In this document: one piece after another, positions 13,970 through 26,025 of the stretch
How positions within the stretch are numbered: position 1 is the first letter of the stretch
Layout of the letters: each line of letters starts with the position of its first letter
Source: Podarcis melisellensis
Taxonomy: Eukaryota
Length of the DNA: 64,000 nt
Direction: 5' to 3' (one strand)
Assembly: GCA_964234715.1 (NCBI GenBank)
Contig: OZ174281.1
Translations under genes and position numbers: made by a program
Notes under the pieces: generated by a model
Told to the model about the DNA's origin: nothing
The model's input: the letters and a program-made list of their open reading frames with translations, nothing else
The model's database searches: none

Positions 13970-14159
13970 AGTATGCCACTGTCCGTCATTGTATTTAGCT
14001 TTGCTTTTGATTTTTATCTTCCTTCCATCAGCAGCAAGTAAAAGCACAAAACGCCCTTTTGAAAGGAAAAGAGCTGTGTAGCTGTTCCCCAGCTTGTCTC
14101 CCATGAAGAAGATCAATCCTCTAGATGATGATGTACGAATGTCCACAGCAAAATGGGAC
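13970..14159 (-). CDS. LAMA3: LAMA3 exon A32 (LG4), SHFAVDIRTSSSRGLIF...YNDGQWHT
   Basis: 190 nt, aag|G ... ACT|gtgagt, phase 2/0. Confidence 0.95.
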
Positions 14160-15026
14160 CTTGAATTACATTTTTTTTTAAGTTCAGAGAAGATTAACCA
14201 ATACGGAAGCAGAAAATGCTATGGTTATATTATTATATTTCTCATTAAATTAATATTCAGTTGCTTCTAAGTTCCTCTCTCTTCAGTGCTCACAATTACT
14301 CTTTGATGAAGGATATAATTTACCACAAAGACATCAATAAGCTCCAAGTATAACCAGATATTTGAACCTGGATTGCTGTATCCAAGCCCAGAACTGATTA
14401 TCACATAAATAGTCAAACAAATGCCGCATTACATTATTATTACAATATGGGATAAAATATGTTCCTAAGAACCCAGTCTGAAAGTACCTGTATGATGTTT
14501 GGGGACATGAGACAGGGACTCAGGCAACATAACTCAGGTGCCTCTGAACTCTGCTCCTCTGGGACAGATCTCAAGCTGAGGGCATTACTGACTTAAATCT
14601 CCATTGTTCTGCAGCAGCATGCATATGGTGACATGAGCCAGAAAAAGCTGATTTTCAGTTCAGTTGGGACCTTGTGACTTAAGGAACCAACTGTAACTTG
14701 ACGTGCCGTATATAAATCTTACTCCAAGTTGTGTTTCCCAGTCTGTGCAATTCATCCAACAGAACAATAGAACTGCCTTGTCACAGGTCTGTTGACTACA
14801 TTCCTCCCGCCAGCAACCTGGTGCCTAGCCACCAGCCTGCCTTCCACTTGTTTCTCTGGCCCTTGTTTGTCTGATCCAGTGTCTGAACTCCAGCCTGTTT
14901 GTCTGCTGCCTTTGACCCAGCCCTCGTCTACTTTGCCAGACAACAGCTAGGTCTCAGCCTGAAAATATTCCATGGAATTCTAGATGCTTTGAAAATGTTG
15001 AGAACAACAACAACAAATCCCATTAC

Positions 15027-15190
15027 CTGTCTCTTGATGATGCTTGAGATGTTGTAAACAACAAATGAGTGTCAGGAGTATTGCCAAAATGATATGCTCC
15101 AGTGACAAAATTTAACTGAGCATGTAAAGGACAGCCCTTGTTGTTTTGCTGCATAGTTCCATCTGTCAAATAGGCAATGGTTTTTTTCCT
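15027..15190 (-). CDS. LAMA3: LAMA3 exon A31 (linker and LG4 start), RKKTIAYL...GCPL...GAYHFGNTPDTHLLF...RD
   Basis: 164 nt, cag|AGG ... AG|gtaatg, phase 0/2. Confidence 0.9.
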
Positions 15191-15758
15191 CTGGAAAAGA
15201 AAATGTAAATATTTAGTACTGGCACCTCTTATGAATAACCTAATACAAGGTTGGGGGTTAATAATTTTGCAGGGTTATGCATTTCCTTGAGATCATTGAG
15301 TGTATTCACTCATTTGTCGTGTCTGAAAATTGACATCTTGTTTTTCTCTCTGGTATCTGTCATAGATCTGAGGATATTTTTAGAACTATGTTTCAAAAAT
15401 CATTGAGTCACAACTTGAGGTTTTCAAGGTTTTCAAAAGTAAATGCTATTCCTCTCTGCTCTCAGTGTGGTGTTCTTGATTAAATTATCCATCCTCTTCT
15501 GATTGGCAATCTATGTATGTTTACTCCAAAGTGACTCCCTTTATAGTAGGGATGGGGAACCACAATTCCTGTCATCCTTTACCATTTGTCACGCTAGAAG
15601 GAGCTGATGGGAACTGGAATCTATAGAAAATGGAATCCATAATGAGCTCAAAAGACGAGAGTAGCAGTTGCCAATCACCATGCTCCTGATGAAGGAAGCA
15701 ACACTAGCACCAAATGAGCCCATGCAACCCACCTCTGGATCTGAACGACAGCCAAGCA

Positions 15759-16210
15759 CCATATTTTTCGCTCCATAAGACGCACTTTTTCCCTCCTAAA
15801 AAGTAAGGGAAAATGTCTGTGCGTCTTATGGAGCGAATGTGTGGTCGATCGCTGGCTCTCTTTATGGCCCCGCCCCCTTACCCAGGCCTCCATTGTTGAA
15901 TGTTCTGCAGACGGAGGCTGTTTGTTTCCCCAGCGACATGTGACTGGCTGATTAGATTATCTGTCTGGAAACTGTAGAAACTGCTCCCTTTCCTTTCCTA
16001 AAGAAGCTGCGGAACTGAGGTGAACCCCATAAAAACATGATTTTTTCGCTTTGCAAAGTAAGCTCAACAACTTTGAGCTGATCCTCAAAAAAACAGGGCT
16101 TTTCCCCTTTGCAAAAGAAGCTGCACAACTGAGCTGATCCCCCCAAAACCGGGCCTTTCCCCCTTTCCTCCTCTAAAAACTAGGTGCGTCTTATGGAGCA
16201 AAAAATATGG
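15759..16210. mobile_element. Tc1/mariner-superfamily (Tc2/pogo-like) non-autonomous element
   Basis: About 27-bp TIR CCATATTTTTCGCTCCATAAGACGCAC / GTGCGTCTTATGGAGCAAAAAATATGG, TA at the right flank. Confidence 0.8.
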
Positions 16211-16929
16211 TACTTCTTCTGGCTATCACTTTTCCCCTTATCATGCCATGAAGCAGCATCCAGCAACGAAGCAGAGGAGGAAGACTACATTTGCTGTATT
16301 CACACCTCACTGGTAAATGCAGCAATGCCCCCACCCCCCGTTTTCTAGAGGTTGTTCTGCTTTTATGCAATTTTGCTCATAAGCACAATAGCCCTCACGT
16401 AAGATGTGAGCTAACTGTATGTTCTTTCCATGGTAATTACCAACTGTTATTCTTTCAAAGCATGTACTGTATATGCTAATTCAAGCACATTAGCAAAAAA
16501 ATTACACATGGCTTATTTGTTGACTATGATCACTGAATGTATCCAAATAGGTTTCTTCCTTTACCCAAGTCATTTCCCAGAGTTTGTTCTCAGTCAGAGC
16601 TCTCTTTTATTATGCTTCTGCTATCACCACTTGCCCTATTCAGGCTTTCATTATAAGGCTTAAATGCACAAGCAAGGAGAGGAGAGGTACACAAGCTCAC
16701 CTCCCATCCCCATTGCCCTCTGTGTGTTTAAGGGTAACTGTTCGCAACAAGGACGCCTCCTGTACTCATGGAGGCTCCTAAGCATTTTGGAATCCTGATT
16801 TCTATTTCTAGAGAACTAGACATAGTTCTGTAATTAAACAACACAACAATCAGAAGTTATGTTTTCTTGTTGCATAAACTTGTATTTTCTTTTCTTTCCC
16901 TTTTCTTTACAGAACGCTGAACTTCCAAC

Positions 16930-17074
16930 CTTTAAAAACCTTGGATGGTCCACATCATCCAGGTCTTTCAGCAGCATCAGCTTGGGTTGTTTCTTTATCA
17001 TACAGGATCCTAAGGATACATCAATCTTCTTAGTGTTATCTGTTAGGTTTTGAACTTCAGGAAGCCGATCTGAT
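16930..17074 (-). CDS. LAMA3: LAMA3 exon A30 (LG3 end and LG3-4 linker), SDRLPEVQNLT...DVSLGSC...HPRFLK
   Basis: 145 nt, cag|A ... AAG|gttgga. The donor is weak and was chosen because it gives phase 0 to match the next acceptor. Confidence 0.82.
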
Positions 17075-18269
17075 CTGGAATAGATGTAAGAGAAGGCACA
17101 TATTTCACATAGTGGAGCCAGCTGGTAGGCTTGTAAAATACTTAAGAGAAATTCTTTTTTCTAGGAAGACAGTACAAATAAATCAATTTAGCCTAGTTTT
17201 CTCTCTAACTGCTTTGCCTCTGCTGTGTTTTGTATACGAGGTGAAACATTTGGAGGTGGCATTTTTATTGGCCCTACTTTATTAGTGAAAAATGAATGCA
17301 TATTTGGGAAAGGTGTTCTGAATGCAGCTGTGCTGAGAATAAGCACCCACAATATAGGGAATAACATCTATAAATTTGTAAATCTTAGTTGAATTGATGA
17401 ATGTTCTGCCTTGCCCTATCAATAATACTTCTCTTTTAAGTGGCTCCTTACTTATTCTGTTAAGGGGCGATGTGCAAAAATATTACTTTCTCTCACAGGG
17501 ACTCCCACCTGGAATCTGATTTAACAAAAGGTTCTCTAATATTTATGTTAGAAAGTAGCTGATACACTGGATAGGTTACATGGGCTAGAGTCTACAGGGG
17601 ATAAAAGATTGCAGCCTGAGTTGAGAGAAATGAGCAGGTAAGCTCAGTATGGGTGGTACCAGAGGAAGAGGGGCAAGCGCCCCTCTAAATGAGGAATTTG
17701 CCCTCCTCTTCATTGCTGGACCCCTGTCCTTAACACATACTGTTATTTTTCTTTCAGAGAGCAAGTTGCTCACCTAGAAATATACTTTGCCCCTCCTGTT
17801 TGCAACCCCCAAAATATTTTTCTGGTGCTGCCTCTGGGACTCAGCAACACCAAAACAGTTATGAAAGTGTAAAAGTATCACAACTGTACCTCCGCACATT
17901 TTGGGTGGGTGCTGATAAACTGATGCAATGCAAGCTGTACTGGAAAACTGCAGTGTGCCTAATCTGCACCAATTTCCTGATAGTCTACGAGCTAAGCAGT
18001 ATGGCAAATGCCAGCAGAACAGTCAACACAGAGGAAGGGTGATCCAAACCCCGCACAATACAGCATTGTCTTTTTCAGGTACTACTTGCCAACATTCTGG
18101 TTTCACTTTCAGACATACAGATGCTACTTTTTCAGTATATGCCCAAAGGCATTGTGCTGTGTATTCTGATTCTGTTGTGTGTGCTCATTGTAAACACTGG
18201 TTTTGTGAGGAGCAGAAAGTACCATATTAATGGATTGGAACAGTCTGTGCTCTTGGGCAATATGTTTAC

Positions 18270-18401
18270 CTTTGTATAAAGACATTGGAAATGCATCCTT
18301 CAAAATCATTCCCACCCAACTCTATTGGCCGACTCATTGTTTTCCTTCCAAGGGTTCCAACTATTGTTGACTCAGGCACATCATCAACTAGCATCTTAAG
18401 C
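18270..18401 (-). CDS. LAMA3: LAMA3 exon A29 (LG3), LKMLVDD...LGGNDFEGCISNVFIQ
   Basis: 132 nt, cag|G ... AG|gtaaac, phase 2/2. Confidence 0.93.
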
Positions 18402-20110
18402 CTGGAACAAGAAAAACACAATCTAGAGTGAAATTTTGGAGCAAAACTATTAAGTCATCTCAACGTTTATTTAATCAGCCACTTAACATTCGTACAGTAC
18501 GTTTTGACAGTTGTTCACAAAGCTGTTTACAGCATAAAGCACTACTAGTACATTTTTTAAAAAGAAAAGAAAACCAAACAATCAGATCAGTACACACACA
18601 CACACACCTGTAGCATTCCATTCTTAGTTAACTCATTTTCAAAAGCCTAGAACATTTTTTTTTTTGCTGGCCTCAAAAAATAGGCAAGTGAGAGCCCCCT
18701 GAAGGAGGACATTCTATAATACTGAGACAGCTACCCAAAAGGTCCAGTTTCTAATGGACACTAATCTAGAATTCACAAAAAGATGATACCCTGAGCTGGT
18801 AAATTATGACTTCAAGCACAGCCTTGTTCTCCTGTTACAACTTGGATGGAAAAGGGTTGCATATAATCACCAGTGTCTATTTATTTATTAATCGTGTATT
18901 TATTAAATTTGGACTTACTGCAGTAGAGTTTCCCCTTTTCTGCATGAGACCGTGATTAAGCAGAGTAGAATCAGATTCCGCACAACTTATGCAGAAGTAT
19001 GTGGCCATGTTGGTGCATCTTTTGCTCTTTGTTTTCACACTGCAGCACAAAACCTACACCACTCATTAACAGTCCGACATTTTCTGTGGCTAGCCAAAGG
19101 CCCCATGCAGTCTATGTATACCCATGTGACTAAATGAGAGCATCCAAACCAGATTCTAAAACTCCATATAGGCATTATCTTAGAAACCAAACCATTACAT
19201 TTGATACATTATTGCTGATGAATTGGATTGTTGCTGCAGTGCTCTCCAGAGACAGAATTCAAGCAGCTAGTTGGTTGTCATGGGATAGGGTTATTTCCTG
19301 CCAGGTTACCTCCCAGAAGCTGGTATTCATGGAATAAGAAGCCAATATTTGTGATGGCCAAACCACGACTGAACGTTCAACTAACCAGGTTAACCATGGT
19401 GATGATCGTCACATGAGATGCACATCATCAGAATCTAATCATAGAAGCTTCTGCTCCACCAAGCCAACACAAATTAACAATGGGTGCAGGCTTCACAATT
19501 GCAGCAACATTACAGAATTTCCCCATTTATGTAAAAACAAAAATAAAAATGCCATGATTCCTAGGTTGCTAGCAAAGATCAAAACAGATATGAAAAGAAG
19601 ATATTTGAACAAGTCCATACAAAGAAGATGTGGAGGCAAAAGGTTAGCAGCATCTGTGTATTTAGCATAACCTGGGAAAGCTAAGAGATCAATTTATACA
19701 TGCTAGTTGTGATCTAGCAGTCGCAATCTGCTTGCAGAGCTCTGTGTGCACAATATTTGCTTCATTCTGTTCTCTGAGAGGGAAGCGCATAGTGCACACA
19801 ATGGGAAATGCCAGTGAAGTCTTACAGAAGAGTATGAAAAGCCTTTCTACTCTTATATGCAGAGTTCTTGATCATGCCCTATGGAAGAGGAGTGGGTTGT
19901 GAAACTGGCGTACCAAGCACAGAGATAAGCACATACAGAACACACAAAAATAAACTGGGTCTACATTTTGTCACAGAAAATGCTCTAATATTCAAGAATG
20001 GAACTGTGAAGACTTTGAAAATACAAAAAAAGTCTCCTGTTTATTCTGAGGTTCCACATCAACTGATGGCATTAATCCTAATGCAGTTTTAACTTTCTAG
20101 ATATTATATA

Positions 20111-20352
20111 CAGTGGTACCTCGGGTTACATATGCTTCAGGTTACATACGCTTCAGGTTACAGACTCCGCTAATCCAGAAATAGTGCTTCAGGTTAAGAA
20201 CTTTGCTTCAGGATGAGAACAGAAATCGTGCTCCAGCGGCGCAGCAGCAGCAGGAGGCCCCATTAGCTAAAGTGGTGCTTCAGGTTAAGAACAGTTTCAG
20301 GTTAAGTATGGACCTCTGGAAAGAATTAAGTACTTAACCCGAGGTACCACTG
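20111..20352 (+). mobile_element. Tc1/mariner (pogo/Tigger-like) MITE
   Basis: 18-bp perfect TIR CAGTGGTACCTCGGGTTA, TA target duplication on both sides, internal GCTTCAGGTTA repeats. Confidence 0.9.
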
Positions 20353-20437
20353 TAATCAAATGTCAAGTCAAGCAATACAGCCCCATATTTTTTCTCTAAC
20401 ATAGCATTCACTCTGTCCCATAAAGTGTTGGACTTAC

Positions 20438-20568
20438 GTGTCACCCTCTTTCATCACTGTTACATAATGCATTGAGCCATCTTCATATCTCTTGCTAGAC
20501 TGACCTTCTTCATCAGCTAACTTTACGATGACAAAGCCATTTCTCAGGAGCACAGTAAGCACATCAGG
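20438..20568 (-). CDS. LAMA3: LAMA3 exon A28 (LG3), PDVLTVLLRNG...YEDGSMHYVTVMKEGD
   Basis: 131 nt, tag|CCT ... AC|gtaagt, phase 0/2. Confidence 0.92.
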
Positions 20569-20675
20569 CTAAAAACAAACAAACCAAAATTTAATTTTTG
20601 AGGTTTTAGCTTTGGCAAAAAAGGGAAAATGATTATCTTTGAATAGGAGAACAAAAGAAGATATATCTCTCATAC

Positions 20676-20816
20676 CCGTAAATTGTAATATAGCAATGTT
20701 CCATCAAGGGCCAAAGTGTGAAAGCCAAATCCAATTTGGAAGTCGTTAGGAAATGGAAAACCATCATCACTCAAATCAAGTACTCCATTCTTAGAAAAAG
20801 TCGCAGCTCTCACAAG
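20676..20816 (-). CDS. LAMA3: LAMA3 exon A27 (LG3), LVRAATFSKNG...GFGFHT...YNLR
   Basis: 141 nt, tag|CTT ... CGG|gtatga. Confidence 0.93.
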
Positions 20817-21076
20817 CTAAAAATACAAATGGATAATGAATAGGTTTCCTTTTTCAGAAGAGTCATTCCTACTTTCCTTGCTTCTGTCTAATATATCAAG
20901 TGGAATTAACGGATCTCACATTATGGGCTCCATGGGAAAGTGGGACTCACAGATCTTATTTTGGGAAGCTGTGGAAAGGTTGGTTTTTTTTTGTCTTAAA
21001 TGCATTATATGAATGAAATGCCATCATGATCATGATTAGTATCCAGTACCTAAGGACGTTGTAATCGGCAAATTAC

Positions 21077-21197
21077 CTTCCAGTCTTCGGGACAATTTTT
21101 GCTGACACCAAGCATCTCAGAGATGGTAGGGGAAGACTCAAAAGAAGTTTTTACATTCTTCATGCACCCACGAAATGGAGGTGTCGATATATTAAAG
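21077..21197 (-). CDS. LAMA3: LAMA3 exon A26 (LG2 end), FNISTPPFRGCMKN...CPEDWK
   Basis: 121 nt, cag|C ... AAG|gtaatt, phase 2/0. Confidence 0.94.
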
Positions 21198-21885
21198 CTG
21201 TTTCCGCAAAGAAAGAAAAAATACCACATAGCCTTTAAATTTGCCATTATTGATTCCAAATGTCTCATTTCATGTACAAACTGCTTTCCACTTCTTATCT
21301 CCAGAGTAATTCAGTAAGTGCTGCTAAGAGATTGTGACTTGCCCTAGGTCACTAATTAAATATCTTGGTTAGAAAAGGGTACCCTACACTCAAATCTAGC
21401 ACTCTATTCACTGACCCCCACTATACACATGAGAGCAGTATTACAATGGCAGAATGACAAGTGCAAACCGGCATTAAACTTATGTGAAGAATATTTTTGT
21501 ATCTATGTAGTAAGCTTTTGTGTTTGCGAACTGGAACTGGAGGTACAAACTAAGGCCTTACAGTTCAACCCAGACCTGGGAAAGGACCATCTAGGTCTTT
21601 CAGTGAAATGCTCCGCTTTGTGTTAATCATGCCTGCACAAATGAAACCTACCAAGCTGAATACAGCCCAGCTGCCAAGTATTTGTAGTGTTCAAGATGAT
21701 TTGACAATGCTCACACTAGACATTAAACACAGGAGAAACCCCCGTCATACCCGTCAGCACCCCGTCATACCACAACACCTGGAAGGTCACATCATTCAGC
21801 TCAGTGGACCCCAAGTTGTGCAGGCCTGACTTCCATCCATAAAACAACACAACAATCTTAAAGAGTAATCTGTAGTATAACTCAC

Positions 21886-22007
21886 CGTTCTCTTACAGAG
21901 GCTGGGATTCCACCGAGGTAATATGAATTGAACGGAAACATACTTATGTTAACTTGTTCTCTAGGCCTGCCAAAAGCAACTATTTGTGGACCAATGAGTA
22001 AAAGAAC
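21886..22007 (-). CDS. LAMA3: LAMA3 exon A25 (LG2), VLLLIGPQ...YYLGGIPASVRE
   Basis: 122 nt, cag|GTT ... CG|gtgagt, phase 0/2. Confidence 0.9.
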
Positions 22008-22058
22008 CTGAAATGAATAAAACAGTCAGATTTTAAACCAGCCTACAAAGAAACAAGG

Positions 22059-22060
<2 letters not shown>

Positions 22061-22102
<42 letters not shown>
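22061..22102. repeat. (AT)21 microsatellite
   Basis: Read directly from the sequence. Confidence 0.95.
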
Positions 22103-22104
<2 letters not shown>

Positions 22105-22368
22105 TATTATCACAACTTGTTTTTAAAACAAATAATGCTTCAGAAGCTAATCTATCTGTTGTTCCACTGGGTAGTTAAATAACTAGTAAAAGTGAGAAAA
22201 CTAAGTTCTTTGAAGGAAAAAAAGACATAACATCTAGAAGATGCTAAGCAGAAATGTTAACTTTTATAAATGGTGTGAATTCACATAATTTATAACATCA
22301 TTCATAAGTGATTACATTGTCGGATATTCATTTATTTTACTTTTTAAAAAAAAACCAAAAAACCTTAC

Positions 22369-22488
22369 TATTTGATCCATTCCGTTGTTTATGACCACTT
22401 GGCTCTTTGCTTCTTTCGGAGGCTGTGAATCAACTTTATACCTGAGTACCAGCTGGCCCTTTTCAATCCTCAAACAAATGAACTTGTC
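22369..22488 (-). CDS. LAMA3: LAMA3 exon A24 (LG2), DKFICLRIEKGQLVLRYK...NNGMDQI
   Basis: 120 nt, cag|GAC ... ATA|gtaagg. Confidence 0.93.
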
Positions 22489-23831
22489 CTGCAATTAAGA
22501 AATAACATGTCGTGTAATATATTATAAAGAGTCATTTATTTGAATTAGGCATAATTAGCAGTACTCTGTGCAGTAATCCTGAAAATTTCAGCCTCAACGT
22601 TTTAAAGAAAATGTGCATTTCCAGTTCTAGTGGCTGAACGTACAGATGAATTTGAATCTGAGCCACGTTTCAGAAATCCATAACTCGCCATCCTCTACTT
22701 GCTCTCTTCTTTTCAGTGATCAAAGCCATATTAGATCCAACTACTGCACATTTCTGCTCTCTGAATCAGGCTGCCTGCTTGGTTCTTTAGGCATCTAAGT
22801 AACCTTAGTTTCAAGGACTCAGGCTTGCACTCGGAACCCCAGGATTCTGGGTCCCCATTATTGTGTGTTCAGGCCTCAGAGATGTCTTTATGCAGAACAG
22901 AATAGGAATCTGCAACGTCCGCCTTACAATTGGCAGGCAGCATAGAGTTTCTGGATTGGCCAGAGCTGGTATGATTGCCATGGCAGGTTCCACAGCCTTA
23001 TTATATATTTCTAGGTTAGGAGCTCATATGTTGCACCACTCAAAAGCCCAAGAAAACACAGTCATTCCTTTGAGGACTTTGTTCTGCTTACTGCAGCTCT
23101 GTCCTACTATTATGTAAGTGGCCTACGTTAGAGAAAGCAGAAAGGCAACTCTGAAAGAAAATTTTATCACTATTCCCTGAGGAATAATTCATCCTTTCAG
23201 TTGATTCACATCTACATTTTTTTTTACTCAAGCAGTATTTCCTTTGATCTGACACACGTAAAACTTTTGCCTCAGCTCTATTTATTTATAAAATGCATAT
23301 AGCGTTTTTTTATATGAAGACAACACAAAGCAGTGAACACAGTAAATCACAGTCTGAATATTTAGGTTGGGGGTTGTTACAGTAATTTCTCCTAATCTTT
23401 CATTCAAAACATTTCACCTGCTAACCTCACTTCTTCAAGACTGTGGGCAAAGTAATTGGGCATAACCGTTCTTTCCACTTCTGCCATATGTTTCTATGGT
23501 GCCTGCTGGCATCAGAATTCCTTGCTGAAATAATACAAAGCTTTAAATGGGTCAAGAATAGTCTTCTTTCAATTGATTAAGCTTATGCCCTGGCCTGAAG
23601 AATTAGTTAACTCAGATTTCTCAATAATCATTGAAGTTACTCATCAATTTTTGCCACCAAGCAATATGAAACACTGTGTTTTACAAGACATGTGTAAAGC
23701 ACATGCTTTTTAAACATTTGTTCCTAATTACATTCAGGTTCTACAATTCAATTTTCTTATCCATTCACGCTTAATTGTTATGCAAATATTATTTGAATGA
23801 ATCACTTTCTCCGCATGAGCAGAAATATTAC

Positions 23832-23979
23832 CTGATTACTTGCAAAAAAGACAATTCCATCATCTGTAGTAGTCTGAATGGTTTGTTCATATCGTCGAAA
23901 AGTGCTAGTTGGTGAAGTTACATCAACATGGGCGTAACCTGTGCCTTCAAAATAAAGTTTAGAAGACTGTTCTTTATAT
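23832..23979 (-). CDS. LAMA3: LAMA3 exon A23 (LG2), YKEQSSKLYFEGTGYA...QTIQTTTDDGIVFFASNQ
   Basis: 148 nt, cag|A ... CAG|gtaata, phase 2/0. Confidence 0.94.
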
Positions 23980-24905
23980 CTGTAACAAAAAACGGGGGAA
24001 GTGAGAACTACTGCATGTTCAGAATCTCAAGAAGTATGTTAAGCAAACATTCACAAAATTAGTATTTTTCAGTTTGAGATCATAAAAAGGGGAAGTTGTA
24101 TTTTAAAGCTTTTTAAAAAAAAAAATTGTCACAATTATTTTTAAAAAGGCTGCTTTCTCCTGTTGGGACACAAACAAGAAAAATCTACACAGTGGATTTA
24201 TCTTGCACGATCTCACAGCAAGCCCACACAGATGACCTTACTTCCCCAAGATGAGCATTCTCATCCTCTGACAGCTTAATCATTAGTTTAACTGGAAAAG
24301 ATTTTACAGAAAGAATGCCTGAGTTGTCTGTATGGCCTTCTTAAAACTGCACAGGACTTGGAGCAGTTCAGCACACCTAATTGTTAAGGCTTGTTGAACA
24401 CGTGTTCATCTTCCTTTGCTAATTCTGTTCCATGTGGATGCCATTACAATATGATAGAAAAGATATCTCTTGAAGCCACAATGGCTAAACTTTGGTTGGG
24501 ATAAGGTGAGTGTGGCAGTGTTAGAAACTGAGATATGAAAGCTAGGAGCTAAATAGCACCTTAAACCTAGGTTATGGGCACAACAACGGTTTAGGCGCCC
24601 TTTTTTATAACAAGAATACGATACTGAAAATGAATGAACTGCAGCTAAAATACTATGTTCATTTTTCATATGGTCTAGTTTTTCCCCGTTCACCCCCTAA
24701 TATTCTTAATACTACTCCAGTCTTCAGAGAGTAGCTGGAAGTGGGGAGGCAGAAAAAGGCCCTCCTTTCCTTCCACTCTGCAGTTTTAAATCTGAAATCT
24801 TAGGCGCAGAACTGAGCCCAGAGCTCGGAAACTGCTCACACCAATGAAATTTCCTGTCGCAAAATGCACCTAGAACAATGGGAGTTTTGAACACTGGTGA
24901 TAGAT

Positions 24906-25057
24906 TATTCTGTGGCGCAATGCGTCAGTGCACCTGGCTGTTAACCAGAAGGCTGGTGGTTCGAGCCCACCCAGGGATGGCTGTGGGCAGGATTCTTGCA
25001 TTGCAGGGGGTTGAACTAAATGACTCTCAGGGTCCCTTCCAACTCTATGATTCTATG
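24906..25057 (+). mobile_element. tRNA-Asn(GTT)-derived SINE or chimera with CR1-type 3' tail
   Basis: 24906-24979 closely follows vertebrate tRNA-Asn (TGGCGCAAT..GGCTGTTAACC..GGTGGTTCGAGCCCACCCAGGGA). It is followed by a CR1-like end GGTCCCTTCCAACTCTATGATTCTATG. Confidence 0.8.
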
Positions 25058-25118
25058 TATTATAAAATTCCAAATATACAGCACAGGGCATGTGGTAGGA
25101 TTTTTTTATTTCTTTTAC

Positions 25119-25252
25119 CTTCTGCATGGTTGTACTTCACTGGTATCAAGATTAAAACTCCTCTTGAAATTGTACAGGCTGATAACTCTCTCGTTCAAGC
25201 TATCCAGTTCAATGCAGCCTTCATAAGGAGAGTAGTTTAGCGTACTGGGAAG
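25119..25252 (-). CDS. LAMA3: LAMA3 exon A22 (LG1 end), LPSTLNYSPYEGCIELDSLNERVISLYNF...PCR
   Basis: 134 nt, cag|CTT ... AG|gtaaaa, phase 0/2. Confidence 0.95.
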
Positions 25253-25556
25253 CTGTAAAAGTAAAAACAGTCTTCAGAGAAATTCAGCACCATAATTTTA
25301 ATTAATTATTCAGATTGATGAATTCTGCTTTTCAATGCAAAATTTGGCTTCATTTTTTGAAACCCACCTAGGATATATATCTCATACTAACTAACTAATA
25401 AATAATAATAATAATAATAATTTATACCCCACCCAACTGGCTGGATTTCCCCAGCCACTCTTGGCAGCTCCCAGCAGAGTATTAATAATAACAATAAGTT
25501 ATGGGTTGTTATTGCTTAGGTCCTTTTTGTGAAGCAAGTATCAGCACTTGATTTAC

Positions 25557-25588
25557 AACACACACACACACACACACACACCACACAC
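25557..25588. repeat. (CA)n microsatellite
   Basis: Read directly from the sequence. Confidence 0.9.
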
Positions 25589-25619
25589 AAAATATTTCCA
25601 TAAGTTATAAACACATTAC

Positions 25620-25782
25620 TATAAAATCTGACGGATATCCTCCAACATAGAAGACCACATTGTCAGGATCCAGGTTGAGAAGAGTATGGCTGTTTCCACT
25701 GCTGTCATCAAAAGGCCCAAAGCTTGATGGTGAAGGAGAGGTTGCACCTTGAATGTAATTCAGTTTTGCATACTGGTAAATC
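25620..25782 (-). CDS. LAMA3: LAMA3 exon A21 (LG1), IYQYAKLNY...LLNLDPDNVVFYVGGYPSDFI
   Basis: 163 nt, tag|G ... ATA|gtaatg, phase 2/0. Confidence 0.95.
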
Positions 25783-25873
25783 CTAAAAAGAAAAAAAAGA
25801 GACAAAATTTGAATATCTCAACCTAAGCCCACAAAAAGATCGGGAAGGATTTTTTTTTTATAGAGTCCCATAC

Positions 25874-26025
25874 CTTTCAAACTGCACACGATCCAAAATT
25901 GCATCCTTGGTATCGCTTTCAAACACCGATTCAGGCACCCGTATTTCAGCTTCATCACCTCCTAAACTATAGGCACAAATGAGACGGCCATCGCGGACAG
26001 CCATGCCTATGTAGTCCTTGGAACT
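25874..26025 (-). CDS. LAMA3: LAMA3 exon A20 (LG1), SSKDYIGMAVRDGRL...DRVQFE
   Basis: 152 nt, tag|AGT ... AG|gtatgg, phase 0/2. Confidence 0.95.

Noticed and set aside
16565-16658. Possible extra LG3-4 linker exon (ag|CCTTAT...TGG|gtaaag)
   Set aside because: In-frame TGA and weak polypyrimidine tract; A30 to A31 already joins in frame.
16834-16848. CaaX-like CCVV end with an upstream basic patch in the intron read-through
   Set aside because: A secreted chain would not meet cytosolic prenyltransferases; treated as coincidence.
20120-20310. Regularly recurring GCTTCAGGTTA as a CRISPR-like array
   Set aside because: Internal repeats of a TIR/TA-bounded MITE in a vertebrate genome, with irregular spacing and no cas genes.
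24906-24979. Functional tRNA-Asn gene
   Set aside because: D-arm and stem substitutions, no oligo-T terminator, and direct fusion to a LINE tail.
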